A DNA stretch of 63,264 nt, the filler included, from Octopus bimaculoides (lineage: Eukaryota), in NCBI RefSeq assembly GCF_001194135.2. It is 3 parts of 3 records of this genome, joined end to end, with 100 filler letters (N's around TTAATTAATTAA, not from the genome) between each part and the next. Parts side by side here need not be neighbours in the genome. Positions count along the whole stretch, not along the records: positions 20,560 to 40,372 come from NC_068981.1; 2 more parts are not named here. The stretch is one strand, 5' to 3'. The notes beneath the pieces were generated by a model, which saw only the letters and a list, made by a program, of their open reading frames with translations, searched no databases and was not told the DNA's origin. Both the position numbers and the translations under genes were made by a program. Below are positions 24,331 to 37,387 of the stretch, piece by piece; position 1 is the first letter of the stretch; each line of letters opens with the position of its first letter.

Positions 24331-24892
24331 ACTCACTAAATATCTGTCTTATATTTTGGCGTGTGTCACTGCATAAGTAATACTTTGGTTCTCCTACCCT
24401 CAACCTGCACGAACAGCTGCAAATTACTCGGCAGATCGAGCAGGTCTGAAATAAATTCTATGCTTTTAAATCAATGGGTTCATTCTAGTGCCCAACCTAT
24501 GTCTCTTTTGCAGCTTAGGATTGTAATATATTCGTTTTAATTGATATCGATCAAAACGGCCGCTACTCACCGGATGACATCTATTTCTTGTAGCATGTAG
24601 ATCACCTCATTTTTACCACTTCCCCATCGAGGTAGATCTGTATGAGAACCAGTTCGTTATTCTTTAGGGATGTACAGTATGTTTTCTGGCCTTCTTGTTT
24701 GGAAATTTCACCTCTACTGGGCTGTACTTTGTTTCTGGTAGGTGTTTTGTACCACAAATTGTTTAAGAAACCCCTCGGGCTGGGGTTGTGTCTCTTGCTC
24801 TATTTTTCTGGCTATAGAAAAGTGGGTTTGAATACGGAACTCGTATTTGCGAAGCGAGCTTCTTAACCATTCAGCCATACTATGTTAACATC

Positions 24893-24943
<51 letters not shown>

Positions 24944-25904
24944 TATATATATATATATATATATAAGTTTTAAATTTTAGCACAGGGCTAGCACTTTCGG
25001 AGGAATTGTAAGTCAGTTACATGACTGTCTGTCTGTATGCATATATGCATGCATGTATGTATATATGTATGTATGTATGTATATATGTATATATGTATGT
25101 ATGTATGTATGTATGTACGTATGTGTATGTATATATGTATGTATATAGAACATTCTTAATATTTTATTGAAAATAGTTCGATGCATTCAGCTAAGATTTT
25201 GATTTTTTAATTAACTTTACTAAAATTCAAAATGTTTCTGTTTTACATATTGTGTTTTAATTTCTTACATCTGCTTATGTAAGTATAATTAATTAGTCAT
25301 TGTGTGTTTATTTATCTGAAGGCTTGATATCTGTGTCCTAAACATTGATAACGAAACAACAAACACTAAAACATAAACAAAGTTGAAGTATCGTTGAAAA
25401 AAGGGAAAAAGTTTTGAAATATTGTTGGTGCACACTAAAGAAGCAAATATAAAAGATAACGAATGTGCAGCTGTTATTAACATGATCTGCAATCAGTATA
25501 ATATATGTTTTTGTGAGATATAATCAGTAAGTCCCGAATATATCCGGAAAGTATTTAACAGCAACAGCTGTGAAGTGAAGTTCAACCACCCAGAAACATA
25601 TCTGCTTCATAGTCACATTTTAAATACCAGTACTCTGAAATCTGAAACTTAACCCGAGACTCAGATTTTACTGATTTGCTATTATCAAGCTAGAATATGT
25701 TTTAAGGATATCCGTAAGATTAATTTCGCTGGATTTAGAAAACACGATCGTTAAGGTCATTGATGTCTAAAGCGGAAGTCACCTTTATTTGTATTTAGGT
25801 TATATTTATTTATTTCAATTTCTGTGAAAAACTGTCTGAAAGCTTTAAAAGTGACTTTGTTACGGTGAAATTTTTTTAAAAAGAAGGAATCTAAGAGGAA
25901 CAGG

Positions 25905-26066
25905 CACAGGCGTAGCTGTGTGATAAGAAGCTTGCTTCCGAACCACATACTTCCGGATTCAGTCCCACTGCGTGGCACCTCGGGCAAGTGTCTTCTACTA
26001 TTGCCTCGGGCCGACCAAAGCATTGTGAGTAGATTTGGTAGACGGAAACTGAAATGAGCTCGTCGT

Positions 26067-26107
<41 letters not shown>

Positions 26108-26325
26108 TTTGTGTCTGCGTTTGTCTTCCACATCACCGTTTGACAAGTGGTGCTGTTGTGTTTACGTCCTCGTTAGTTAGCGGTTCGGCAATCGAGAACG
26201 ATAGAATAAATACCAGGCTTTAAATAAAATAAGTCGTAGAGTCGATTCGTCTGACTCAACCCCTTCAAGACGGTGCCTAAGCATGGCCGCAGTCAGCTGA
26301 CTGAACCAATTTAGAGAATAAAAGA
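25905..26325 (+). mobile_element. tRNA-headed SINE family S2 with internal (GT)n
   Basis: GGCGTAGCTGTGTG head, GGATTCAGTCCC B-box-like motif, body CTCGGGCAAGTGTCTTCTACTAT...GACGGAAACTGAAA, tail ...AGCATGGCCGCAGTC. Confidence 0.85.
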
Positions 26326-26339
26326 ATATCTTTCAAAGT

Positions 26340-26860
26340 TTGTCAAAAAGCCAGCAATTTTTGTGGGGAAGCGGTTGGAATCGATGCATCGGTTCCAGCG
26401 CTCAACTGCTACATTATTTTATCGACCCAAATGGATCAAAAAACAAAGTCGACCTCGGCAGAATTTGAACCCATGGAGCATTTTATCCACTGTGCTGACG
26501 ATTCTGTCTGTTCTCTGCCTTCAGAGGAATATATATAATGATGTTGAGACAAAAATGTAAGGTGAACAACTATTTTTAAATGTTAGAATTAAGACCTGGA
26601 AGAGGACGAAGAAAATGAAAAAGAGTTCTCGGTCAAACTAAATGTTAAAATTAATAGAGAGAAGGACAGCGAGCTGGCAGAATCGTTAGCATGCCAGACA
26701 AAATGCTTAGCGGCGTTTCATCCGTCTTTACTTTCTGAGTTCAAATTCCACCGGGGTCGACTTTGCCTTTCATCCTTTCGGGGTTCACACAATAAGTAGC
26801 AGTCGATGTAATCGACTATCCCACTCACTTGGAATTGCTTAGTGCTGAAATTCGAAACCA
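26340..26860. mobile_element. Two S1 SINEs in opposite orientation (26340-26520 minus, 26668-26860 plus)
   Basis: S1 consensus on both strands. Confidence 0.75.
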
Positions 26861-26939
26861 AAATTAATAGTGAGATATAGCCATCCATTTTCGCCGCCCA
26901 CTGTTCCAGATCATGAAGATAAAGTCCTCAATGTAACTC

Positions 26940-27940
26940 GTCCATAGTATGGTATCGGAAGCAAACGTCATTAGACTCTTTTGTTGGATTCCCAAATGTG
27001 ATCAACTGAAACTGTGGATATTTTTGGTCTAACCCTAGACATCTCAAGCATTGGATCGACTTGAAGAATTCGTCTTGCGATACTTCTGGTGTTCTAATCA
27101 CATATCCGTAGTACCGGAACTGTGACCTTTCAATGCTGAGAAATACTGGCTCGACCAGAAATGATTCCCTAATCTTCTAGCCACACACCTTGCTGAGTAA
27201 AGTTATTCTAGAGATCCTCTAAAGAAACCTCATTTCAATCGCTTGATATGCGATCGTATTCTTTTGGTCATTACTCAATATTGGCTGTGTGGTAAGTAGC
27301 TTGCTTACCAACCACATGGTTCCGGGTTCAGACCTACTGCGTGGCACTTTGGGCAAGTGTCTTCTACTATAGCCTCGGGCCGACCAAAGCATTGTAAGTG
27401 GATTTGGTAGACGGAAACTGAAAGAAGCCTGTCGTATATATGTATATGTATATATATATGTATGTGTGTGTGTTTATGTTTGTGTGTCTGTGTTTGTCCC
27501 CCCAGTTTCACTTGACAACCGATGGTGGTGTGTTTACGTCCCCGTAACTTAGCGGTTCGGCAAAAGAGACTGATAGAATAAGTACTAGGCTTCCAAAAAA
27601 TAAGTCCTGGGGTCGATTTGCTCGACTAAAGGCGGTGCTCCAGCATGGTCACATTCAAATGACTGAAACAAGTAAAAGAGAAAAAAGAGATAGGCAAAGA
27701 AAGGCATGAACACCGAATTGCAGATAGCACGTTTGGTCTATTTTACCAATCGCTTCTCTCCTGAAGATCGAATACGGAAGTTGGCCCATTACCGTGGCAT
27801 CACCTGCAATTCTAGCATCCAATTCTGCTTCCTGCTTCCCATCACTTCTGAATACAGTCCTGAGATACGTGAACTCCTCCATTTGTCTCAGCAATGTTCC
27901 ACTAACATGCATGCGTGGTGCACTGGGAAGACTTTATTGA
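26940..27940 (-). mobile_element. RTE-clade LINE fragment interrupted by an S2 SINE
   Basis: LLRQMEEFTYLRTVFRSDGKQEAELDARI (27720-27940) continues after the SINE as AIEMRFL.RIS...IRESFLVEPVFLSIERSQFRYYG. Confidence 0.75.
27286..27680 (+). mobile_element. SINE family S2 nested in RTE
   Basis: Near-consensus S2 copy. Confidence 0.9.
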
Positions 27941-28090
27941 GATAACTAATGTTTCAGTCATCACAACATTAGTTTTCATTCCTGCCTTGCTGCACTCTAC
28001 ATTTAGTACATATTAGAGATCACCTTCTGATACACCAAATAACATCATATCATCTAATATTAGCCGACCCGTTCTACACCCACAGATTAC

Positions 28091-28549
28091 GATACCACTT
28101 CCACAACGGCTGCGTATTTCGATAAATTTTATTTGATATATTATTGGAAATATTGGACTCCATGGCAAAACGTATTTATAAAGTGAAATTCATAAATGTA
28201 AAAGATATCATTTGTTATACATTTCAGTCCTTTTTCTAATGTTCATTAAATTAACCTAACAAAAGCTATCTCACCTGTGTGTGGGCGATAACTCTATATG
28301 TTTTCATGTTTTATTTTCTGCTAAATTATATCTCTTTTCAATTATTGTGTCATATTTAATTTTTTTTTTTTTATAATTGCTTGTATGGCTTTATAAATTT
28401 TTAATTTGTATCAGCTTTAATTGTGTAACATCTTTCACTTTATTCCTATTCATTACATGACTTGCCCCTATTACCCTACACATATTTGTAAAGCCCTCCT
28501 TAGTTCACTCTATTTTATGGTGTGTGTTTTTTTGCGGTTAATAAACAAT
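28091..28549. repeat. Unclassified repeat duplicated at 30087-30501 and (5' 48 bp) at 28926-28973
   Basis: Direct sequence match, e.g. GCTATCTC.CCTGTGTGTGGGCGATAACTCTATATGTTTTCATG in both long copies. Confidence 0.85.
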
Positions 28550-28561
28550 GTACTATTATTA

Positions 28562-28925
28562 GTTGCGGTAAGCTGGCAGAATTGTTTAGCGGTTTTTCGT
28601 CTGACTTTATGCTCTGAGTTCAAATTCCCACGAGCTCGATTTTTCCTTTCATGGGGTCGATGAATTAAGTACCAGTTGCATACTGGGGTCGATATAATCG
28701 ACTGGCCCCTTCCCCCAAAAGTTCGGGCCTTGTGCTTAGAATAGAAAAGATTATTAGTTGCGGCAAGCGGGCAGAATCGCTAGGACGGCGGGCACGTTCT
28801 GAGTTCAAATTCCGCCTAGGTCGACTTTGCCTTTCATCCTTTCTTGGTCGATAAATTAAGTACTAGTTGCGTATTTGGACCGATCTAATCGACTGGCCTC
28901 CTCCCCAAAAATGTCGGGCCTTTGC
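28562..28925 (+). mobile_element. Two tandem internally deleted S1 SINEs
   Basis: Heads at about 28562 and 28758, both preceded by TATTAGTTGCGG. Confidence 0.8.
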
Positions 28926-29404
28926 GATACCACTTGCACAACGGCTGCGTATTTCGATAACTTTTATTTGATACTAGACTTACTACACAGCCTTGTCCGG
29001 TAAAGTATGACGGAATTGTTTGCCAGTTTGAAGAATGGGAATTCACGGTACGTATGCATGTATAACCTAACTTCTGATTTATTTAATTGGAACTATCCAA
29101 ATAATAGTGATCAATTTACATAAGTAGAAGCCTTTCCTTAACAATTTTTATCCTGAAAATCACCTGTTTTAAAGTGAAAGTGAAAGATGTTTGAACGTGT
29201 ATATGAAATGGACCTGTGTGTGTGTGAGAGAGAGAGAGAGGGGGGAGAGTGGGAGAGAGAGAGGGAGAGAGAGAGAGGGAGAGAGAGAGAGGGAGAGAGA
29301 GAGAAAGAGCAAGAGTGTGCCTCTTATACATACATGAGAACACACGTTCACTCACTCACACACACTTTCTCTCTATTTCACACACACACACACACACACA
29401 CACA

Positions 29405-29477
<73 letters not shown>

Positions 29478-30534
29478 ATGCACGCGTACATACAAAAGAG
29501 ATGTACGCTTATGTATTGATGTACGTACGTATACATGACAACATATCTCTTCACTCGCTCTCTCTCTCTCTCTCTCTCTCTTTCTTATACACACGTCCAT
29601 TTCATATACACTTTCACTTTCTCCTCTCTTTCATTTTAAAACAAAAGTAAATAAATTAAACATTTTTTACGGAAATTAACGAAATCCGGATGATGAGATC
29701 ACATTTAGTTAAAAATATTTCTAAATGATTAAAATATTGCGTACGTCAAAAAGTCAACGGTTTTTTTTTCTTCTTGGAGGGTGCGAGGACAATGTGTGTG
29801 TATATGTTACAGATAGCGAACGTGTGTTTGTGTTGATAAACGTGGCATTATATATATGTATATTCTGTATGCGTGTTGACGTCATGGAAGCCATGTTTTT
29901 TTTCATCAAGAAATAACAAAAATTGTATTTAATCGCTTAAATAGAGGTCCACATGTCACAAAATCTTGTACTTCACAACCGAAGATAAGTATGAAAATAA
30001 ATATGTAAAAAAAATTAAGATAAAATATACTACTTCTGAGATATGTCAGGTACACACAAACATCCCTAGAGTTTTAGTATTATCAAGATATTAATGGAAA
30101 TATTGGTATCCATGGCAATCCATGTTTATAAAGTGAAATTCATAAATGCAAAGATATCATTTGTCATACATTTTTAGTCCTTTTCTGATGTTCACTAAAT
30201 TAAACAACCTAACAAATGCTATCTCCCCTGTGTGTGGGCGATAACTCTATATGTTTTCATGTTTCATTTTCTGTTAAATTATATCACTTTTCAATTATTG
30301 TCATATTTAAAATGTATTTTCTTTGCAATTACTTGTATGGCTTTATAAATTTTTAATTTGTACCAGCTTCGATTGTTTAACGTCTTTCACCCTATTCCTA
30401 TTCATTATATGGCTTGCCCCTCTCCACACATATTTGTAAAGCCCTCCTTTGTTCAACGTGCACTCTATTTTATGGTGTTTTTTTTGTGGTTGATAAACAA
30501 TATATTAAGGACGCTGATATAAAGACACTGATAT

Positions 30535-31653
30535 ATATCAACAAGAAGAGAGTTTTGCTATGGGTTCACCATTATCACCGATAATAGCCAATATATACAT
30601 GGAATACTTTGAGAATTTGGCTTTAGGATCAACACCACTAAAACCAACCCTATGGCTGCGATGTTGATGAAACCTTAAATTCTCTGGCTCTACCAGGAGG
30701 ATGTCCAAGTGCTGTTAGATCATGTGAACTCAATAAAGCCATCCATACAGTTCACAATGGAAAAGGAAAAAGACAATCAGCTAGCATTCCTGGACGTATT
30801 AATAACACGCACTAAGTATGGATTCAGTAAATCCGTATACCGCAAGCCGACCTTCACTGGACGATACCTTAACTTCAATTCCCACCATCCATACAGTGTA
30901 AAGAGAGGAATTGCTCAGTGCCTAAAACATCAAGCAAAGATTATAAGTAGCGATCGTGATACCATCCACGAAGAAATGATCAAGCTCAGTAACAATCTAT
31001 TAAGCAGCAACTACCCCAAGAACATACTATCTACTCCAATTATGAAGAAAAGAGAGGCTGCAACCAATAAACTGTCCACAGTCTGTCTACCCTATGTGAA
31101 AGGCCTCTCCGAAAAGATACAAAAGATATGCGGCCCATAGGACATCAGGACAGTATTCAAGAGTACTACAACATTTCACAAATATCTCCTTCGGGTAAAA
31201 CCACCAATAGAAGAGAATATGACCAGAAACTGCGTATACTCCAATCCCATGCAGCTGTGGTAGATTATACAAAGGCGAAACACGCCACCACCTAAAAATA
31301 AGGGTAGAGGAAAACCGCAAAGCTGTGACACGAGGAGATATTGATAAATCGGGTATAACTAATCATGTATGGAAAATGGAGACCACCTCCCGCTGCGGGA
31401 TGAAGTTAAAACAATAGACAGACAACACCACTGGAAAATACGAAAACTAAAAGAAGCAGCACATATGCTAGGACACAACAACCTCCTAAGCAGACCGAGT
31501 GCAGATATGAATAGCATATGGGAACCGGTATTAAGGAAGGATAGGAAAATATTAGATTTGTAAGCCCTAAAATTCATTCCATAATTGCCGTAGTGGTTGA
31601 GAGCGCGGGCTACTAACCCAAAGATTCCGAGTTCGATTCTAGGTAGTGATCTA

Positions 31654-31688
<35 letters not shown>

Positions 31689-31805
31689 CAACAACAACAT
31701 ACCTCAGGAATGATAACCCAGTTTCGAAATTTCCCCAACGAAACGTTATGTTAAAAAATACAAGATGAGGACAAATATCCGTCAAATGTAAATAATATAA
31801 ATAAT
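30535..31805 (+). mobile_element. 5'-truncated Penelope-like retroelement (RT plus C-terminal GIY-YIG endonuclease), pseudogenised
   Basis: AMGSPLSPIIANIYMEYFE; frameshifted WLR(Y)VD; SIQFTMEKE...LAFLDV...VYRKPTFTGRYLNFNSHHP; VYS(I)PCSCGRLYKGET; KIRKLKEAAHM; stop at 31563. C-terminal endonuclease as in the Penelope/Poseidon type. Confidence 0.92.
31580..31655 (+). other. tRNA-like Pol III promoter module inside the PLE 3' region
   Basis: Damaged A box (GCCGTAGTGG), anticodon-like arm GGG-CTACTAA-CCC, B box GTTCGATTC at 31631-31639. Confidence 0.7.
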
Positions 31806-32279
31806 GTAAAAGTTGTTCGAAATATTGAACAAGGCAAAAAATCTGAAAGAAAGTTGCCCTGAAATTTTCCCAAGAAAGCCGATGAAAGAAACAGCAATAA
31901 AAGTGTGTCGAACAGAAACAACAAACACAACAGAATAACAAGTGAAACTAACACCACCATAAACAACAATTACAGTAACAACAACAAAAAGTAAATGTCA
32001 AAAGAGAAACGTCACTGAGACAAAACTACAATTACCACCTCGGTTGTGGGCAACCATTACCTCACAACATAAGAAAGGTCACCATCACTATCACTACCAT
32101 CATCTCAGCGGCCAGTAGTGACAACAGTGATAAGATTAGGATCCCGTGAGAGATTAAAGAGGTGATTGACCATAGCAAGATTTGAACTGAGAAAGTGAAG
32201 AACCAGTCAAAAACTCCGTAGGCATATTGTCTGATGCTTTATCGATTCCGCCAAGCTATAATCCTAACACCGCTTCTAA

Positions 32280-33100
32280 AATAGGCGCATAGCCTCAGAT
32301 TTGGGAAAGGAGATTACTCGATTAAATCGATCCTTGTAATTGATTGGTACTTTATTTTATCGATTCCGCAAGAACAAAGGACGGATTTTACCTAGGCAGA
32401 TCTGAACCTAGAATGTAACGAGATCGATCAATTATCTATCATAAGTAAGTCCTTTCTTTTTTCTGACGCTCTAACGATTCTGCGAACTCATCCCCTAATA
32501 TTCAAAAAGAAGTCCAAGGAAGTGGGTATAACTGATTTAATTTTATTACTCTTTGTGCAGAAATAACAGGCAAAGTCGACCTAGATGGAAGCTGAACTCA
32601 TCCATTGAATTCATCCGCTTCAAATTAAGACTAAATGAACAGCTATTCACCAACTTAGTACAATCGCCCCCAAATACCATGTTTTTAATCATACAAGTTG
32701 ATTTAGTATATAGTGTAAACAGGCAGTATAAACATTCAAACATTGTCACTATCTTTCTAAATCATGCTGCATTTCATATGAAAGTTTTGGTCCTCCAAAA
32801 TTATCTTGGCTTATAAGTCGATTTACTTTTATTAGATGTAAATTTTGGTCCGAAAAATTCTACTTTTGCGCCGAAAATGGTGGTATTGGGTGTAAATTTT
32901 GGCACAAGGCCAGCAGGTTGGCGGAGGGGATTTTAAGTCGATTGCATCAACTTGGTCAACTGGTACATATTTTATCAACCACAAAAGGATGAAAGTCAAA
33001 GTTGCCCTCAGCGGAATTTGAACTGAGAAAGTGGAGACTGGTGAAATACTGCTAAGTATTTTGCTCGACGTGCTAACGATTCCACCAGCACCCCACCCCA
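32280..33100 (-). mobile_element. Cluster of degraded S1 SINEs
   Basis: Reverse S1 motifs at about 32280-32495, 32560-32600 and 32890-33100. Confidence 0.65.
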
Positions 33101-33739
33101 CCTTTGACAGAATTGTTAGCAAAACGGGTAAAATGCTTGGAGGCAATACATTAAAAGTACTTGATATTCTTGTTGTTATTTAACCCTAAGTGAGCCATGA
33201 CCGAGCAGATTAAAGATCAAAAATGCTCTAACTATTATTACCCATTCATTTATCAAGGTATGTCAGAACTAGGAATACATAATCCGGAGTGCCCTTCCTC
33301 TTTTTTATATATTAAATTTGACTTGTATTACATTTTACTGTTATTTCTAGAGTTCAACATATCAAACAACGATTCCCTCTTAAGATCAATATATTGTAAG
33401 GAAGACTTAGCTACATGTACTGGTAGGATGCATATTTGATTTTTTATCGGAATTCTTCCTTTTTATTTTATGTAGCAACGCCAGTTTTATACTTCCCTCC
33501 ATCGCTATTCAGAACATGCTCTATTTTAACTTTCGTGAAATTATAGATGAGGCTGAGATCATATTTTAAACAGAGCTTGTTTGATATTGGAATATCTATA
33601 AATGAACGAAAATTATATATACATATATAATATATATATACATATGTATGTATATATATATATAAGTGATATATATATGAATATATATATAATATACATA
33701 TATATAATATATATAGATATATATGTATATATGTAGAAT

Positions 33740-33824
<85 letters not shown>

Positions 33825-33850
33825 ATATATGTATATTACATATATATAAT

Positions 33851-33956
<106 letters not shown>

Positions 33957-33959
33957 TCT

Positions 33960-34140
33960 CTTTTTACTTGTTTCACTCACCTGAATGTGACCATGCTGGT
34001 GCACCGCCTTTTAGTCGAGCAAATCGACCCCAGGACTTATTCTTTGTAAGCCTAGTACTTATTTTATCGGTCTCTTTCACCGAACCGCTAAGTTACGGGG
34101 ACGTAAACACACCAGCAGCGGTTGTCAAGCGTTGTTGGGG
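33960..34140 (-). mobile_element. SINE family S2 (3' half)
   Basis: Reverse complement of the 27520-27680 tail. Confidence 0.9.
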
Positions 34141-34291
34141 GGACAAATACAGATACACAAACGTATACACACACATACATACATACATACATTTATATAT
34201 ATATACTACATATGTGGTAAATGAGTGTGTGTGTGTGGCGTTGTTAGCTAACTCATCCTACATAGTTTTATTGAATTTGATGAAACTTGCT

Positions 34292-34707
34292 ACATGAGTA
34301 GAACTCATGGCTGGAACCCTTGTGACATACTTAGATTGTTGAAAAGATTGATAATATGGCCCCTGGAAGGGACCTTCATATCTACCTCATATAACTAATT
34401 TTTTAAACACCCAAGGCAAATAACCCATAGCACCTGCACAATATTTTTCTTAAACACACAAGGGAAATAACCAATTTCATTGTTTATGTTCCATTATTTT
34501 GAATATTGATTTTTTGTGTCCTATTTTTTACTTTTGCAGACAATATAACTTTTATAATTTATTTGAAACGTGAGTAGAACTCATGTCTGGAAACATTGTG
34601 ACATACTTAGATTGTTGAAAAAATCGATAACAGGGCTCTTCCAATTAAATAAAATATTACTAATATTTTATTTAAACAGCCTAAGGGAAATAATCCATAC
34701 CACCTGC
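34292..34707. repeat. Diverged local tandem duplication (about 145-bp units, about 275-bp period)
   Basis: TGAGTAGAACTCATG...GTGACATACTTAGATTGTTGAAAA...CACCTGC at 34292-34437 and 34568-34707. Confidence 0.85.
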
Positions 34708-35271
34708 GGTTTTTGGCGTTGCAATCAATATTTGATTCTCACAATTAGCCGACCTAATTCTGCATTTCACTCCTCTCAGTTTTGAACTGCTAAACATTAT
34801 TATTGAACTTCCTTCATTTGAATCTTAAACCTTACAGACTTCATTCATACATTTCTATATATGCATACCTTTTGGAACACCCATTAATCCGATAATTCTG
34901 TATTTTTACAGTTACAGCCGAGAACTGATGAAGGGACGTTCATTGTGTTACTTGTCCTGTTTTCCGTTTGCTTCTTTCGTTCTTTGCGTATTGAAGTCAT
35001 TTGTTTTCGTATTTCATGTTGTTTACTGTTGGTGACGTCTTGTACCCATATATGCATATATATGTATATATTATTCATATTATATATATATTGTTTATAT
35101 TATATATATATATATGATTCATATTATATATTTATATATTATTTATATTATATATATATATATTACTTATATTATATATATCTATAATATAGATAATATA
35201 CATATATATAATATTATAATACATATATATATAATATAAAAATATATAAATAAATATATATAGTATGAATA

Positions 35272-35379
<108 letters not shown>

Positions 35380-36019
35380 AGTAATAAATATATATATAAT
35401 ATAAATGATATATGTATATAATATAAATAAGAAATATGTATTATATATAATATAAGTAACGAATATTTTATAAATAGATGTCAAATACTCTTTCCAACCG
35501 ATGATTGCAAAGCACGTTTATCATGCAGAGCATGAAATCAAATGATATTAGGATATGTATTACTTGTCTTTGTATTCCATTCAGAGGTAAACCTGTTTTT
35601 TAAATGTTCATGTGTATATATATATATACACATTATGTATGTATGTATGTATGTATGTATTTATGTATGTATGTATGTATGTATGTATGTATGTTTGTAT
35701 GTATATATGTATGAATGTATGTCTGAATGCATACCGAGATTTCTAGACGTTGTCAGAAAGAATATACAAACAGTGCTTTAAGAATTTCTATTATATCCTT
35801 TCGCCAGAAGTTATTCATTATCAGTATTGGTCGAAAGAAGATTGATCAGCTAGAAGACAATATGAAACTAATAATTTAGTTAATTTGGGATTCCTAACCT
35901 TGCTGAACTGATAATTATCGATCTATCTTAACATGAAACAACAATGCAAGAATGCATTCCAAATGAAAAATAATTATAATCAACTAAAATTAATGTTTTC
36001 TTTATATCTTTTGTGCGCT

Positions 36020-36060
<41 letters not shown>

Positions 36061-36149
36061 ACCTGGGATTTTTCAATTTTTTTTCTTTCCGTCCGCAACT
36101 GCAGATTGTCGTATAAAATATCAAATATATTTTGTGGTAAATATGAAGC

Positions 36150-36340
36150 AGAAAAGACTATGGGAAGCCGAAAAGGTGCTGATTCGACACTATATCTTTT
36201 ATCTGTTTCACTCACTAGACTTGGTATCATGCAGGGGTACCGACTGAAAGGGTTTAGTCGAATGAATCGATGCGAACGTTTTATGGCCGAACCGCTAAGT
36301 TGCGGAGATGTAAACAAACCATCATCGAAAGTTACACGGT
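36150..36340 (-). mobile_element. SINE family S2 (degraded 3' half)
   Basis: GCCGAACCGCTAAGTTGCGGAGATGTAAACA motif. Confidence 0.7.
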
Positions 36341-36364
36341 AATGGTGGACAATCACGAAGACAC

Positions 36365-36556
36365 ATGGCTTTGGGCAAAAGAAAATACAGGAGGATTAGT
36401 TAATTATGATTTTATTCCACATATTACCCTCTCAGATCTACACACTTATTACAATGGTACTTCAAATTTTCTTAACCCTGTAATAAAACTCGGAAGGTTG
36501 GGCCTTCAACCAGGCCCTTCGCGACACCCTTAAAGCCAAGAACTTTTCAGCACCGC
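36365..36556 (-). mobile_element. Second copy of the mariner-derived MITE
   Basis: Colinear with the reverse complement of 9704-9910. Confidence 0.8.
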
Positions 36557-36679
36557 TTTATATATATNNNNNNNNNNNNNNNNNNNNNNNNNNNNNNNNN
36601 NNNNNNNNNNNNNNNNNNNNNNNNNNNNNNNNNNNNNNNNNNNNNNNNNNNNNNNNNNNNNNNNNNNNNNNNNNNNNNN

Positions 36680-36709
<30 letters not shown>

Positions 36710-36714
<5 letters not shown>

Positions 36715-36870
36715 CGGGCTTCTTTCAGTTTCTGGCTATTAAATGCACTCTCAAGGCTTTGGTCGACCCAAGATTACAGTAGAGAACGATTAATCAAGTT
36801 TACACGCAATGGGACTGAACCCAGACATCATGTGGTTGTGGAGTATACTACTTCCCACATGGCCACACCT
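36710..36870 (-). mobile_element. SINE family S2 (5' half)
   Basis: GACGGGCTTCTTTCAGTTT...GGGACTGAACCC reversed. Confidence 0.75.
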
Positions 36871-37351
36871 GAAGTGCAAGATTCGTAAATAAATTACAGC
36901 TAATATATTTCAAGATATCATGTTATTTAAATAATAAAATTCATTTCAGGGCAAATTGGTGTCAAACTTGCAGAAACATATTATTCACGTACACGCCAAT
37001 GTGTAGAATCTTGGTGACGTAAAAGGGCGCAAAACCTTCGATATTTCATGCAATTTTATCTCAAATTGTGATTTATATACATAGAATTATGGTTCTTGAA
37101 TGCAAATTATAGTTTATCATTGTAATTTATGGTTTATAAATGTTAGGAGCATGAGGCTTCAAAGTCTCTAGTGTGAGCAGTGCAAAATATAGAAATAGAC
37201 ATATAAGAAAAACACACGCTTGCGTAGGTGTGTATAATGTTGACACCTATGCATTTTTCTATTTGCTGATATAAATAATATACTATAAAGTACAAAATGC
37301 AAAATGACTGGCATAGAACACAGAAATAAAGATNNNNNNNNNNTACATACA

Positions 37352-37387
<36 letters not shown>

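Noticed and set aside
31580-31655. Functional tRNA-Ser(ACT) gene (also 62835-62910)
   Set aside because: No proper acceptor stem or terminator, and embedded in a retroelement; tRNA-derived only.
34920-34975. CTGATGA-A-GGGAC...GTCCT hammerhead-like motif
   Set aside because: Followed by GTTT instead of GAAA, so the core is incomplete.
36950-37020. Acceptor followed by WCQTC or GQIGVKLAETYY frames
   Set aside because: About 22 codons, no partner exon and no recognisable homology.
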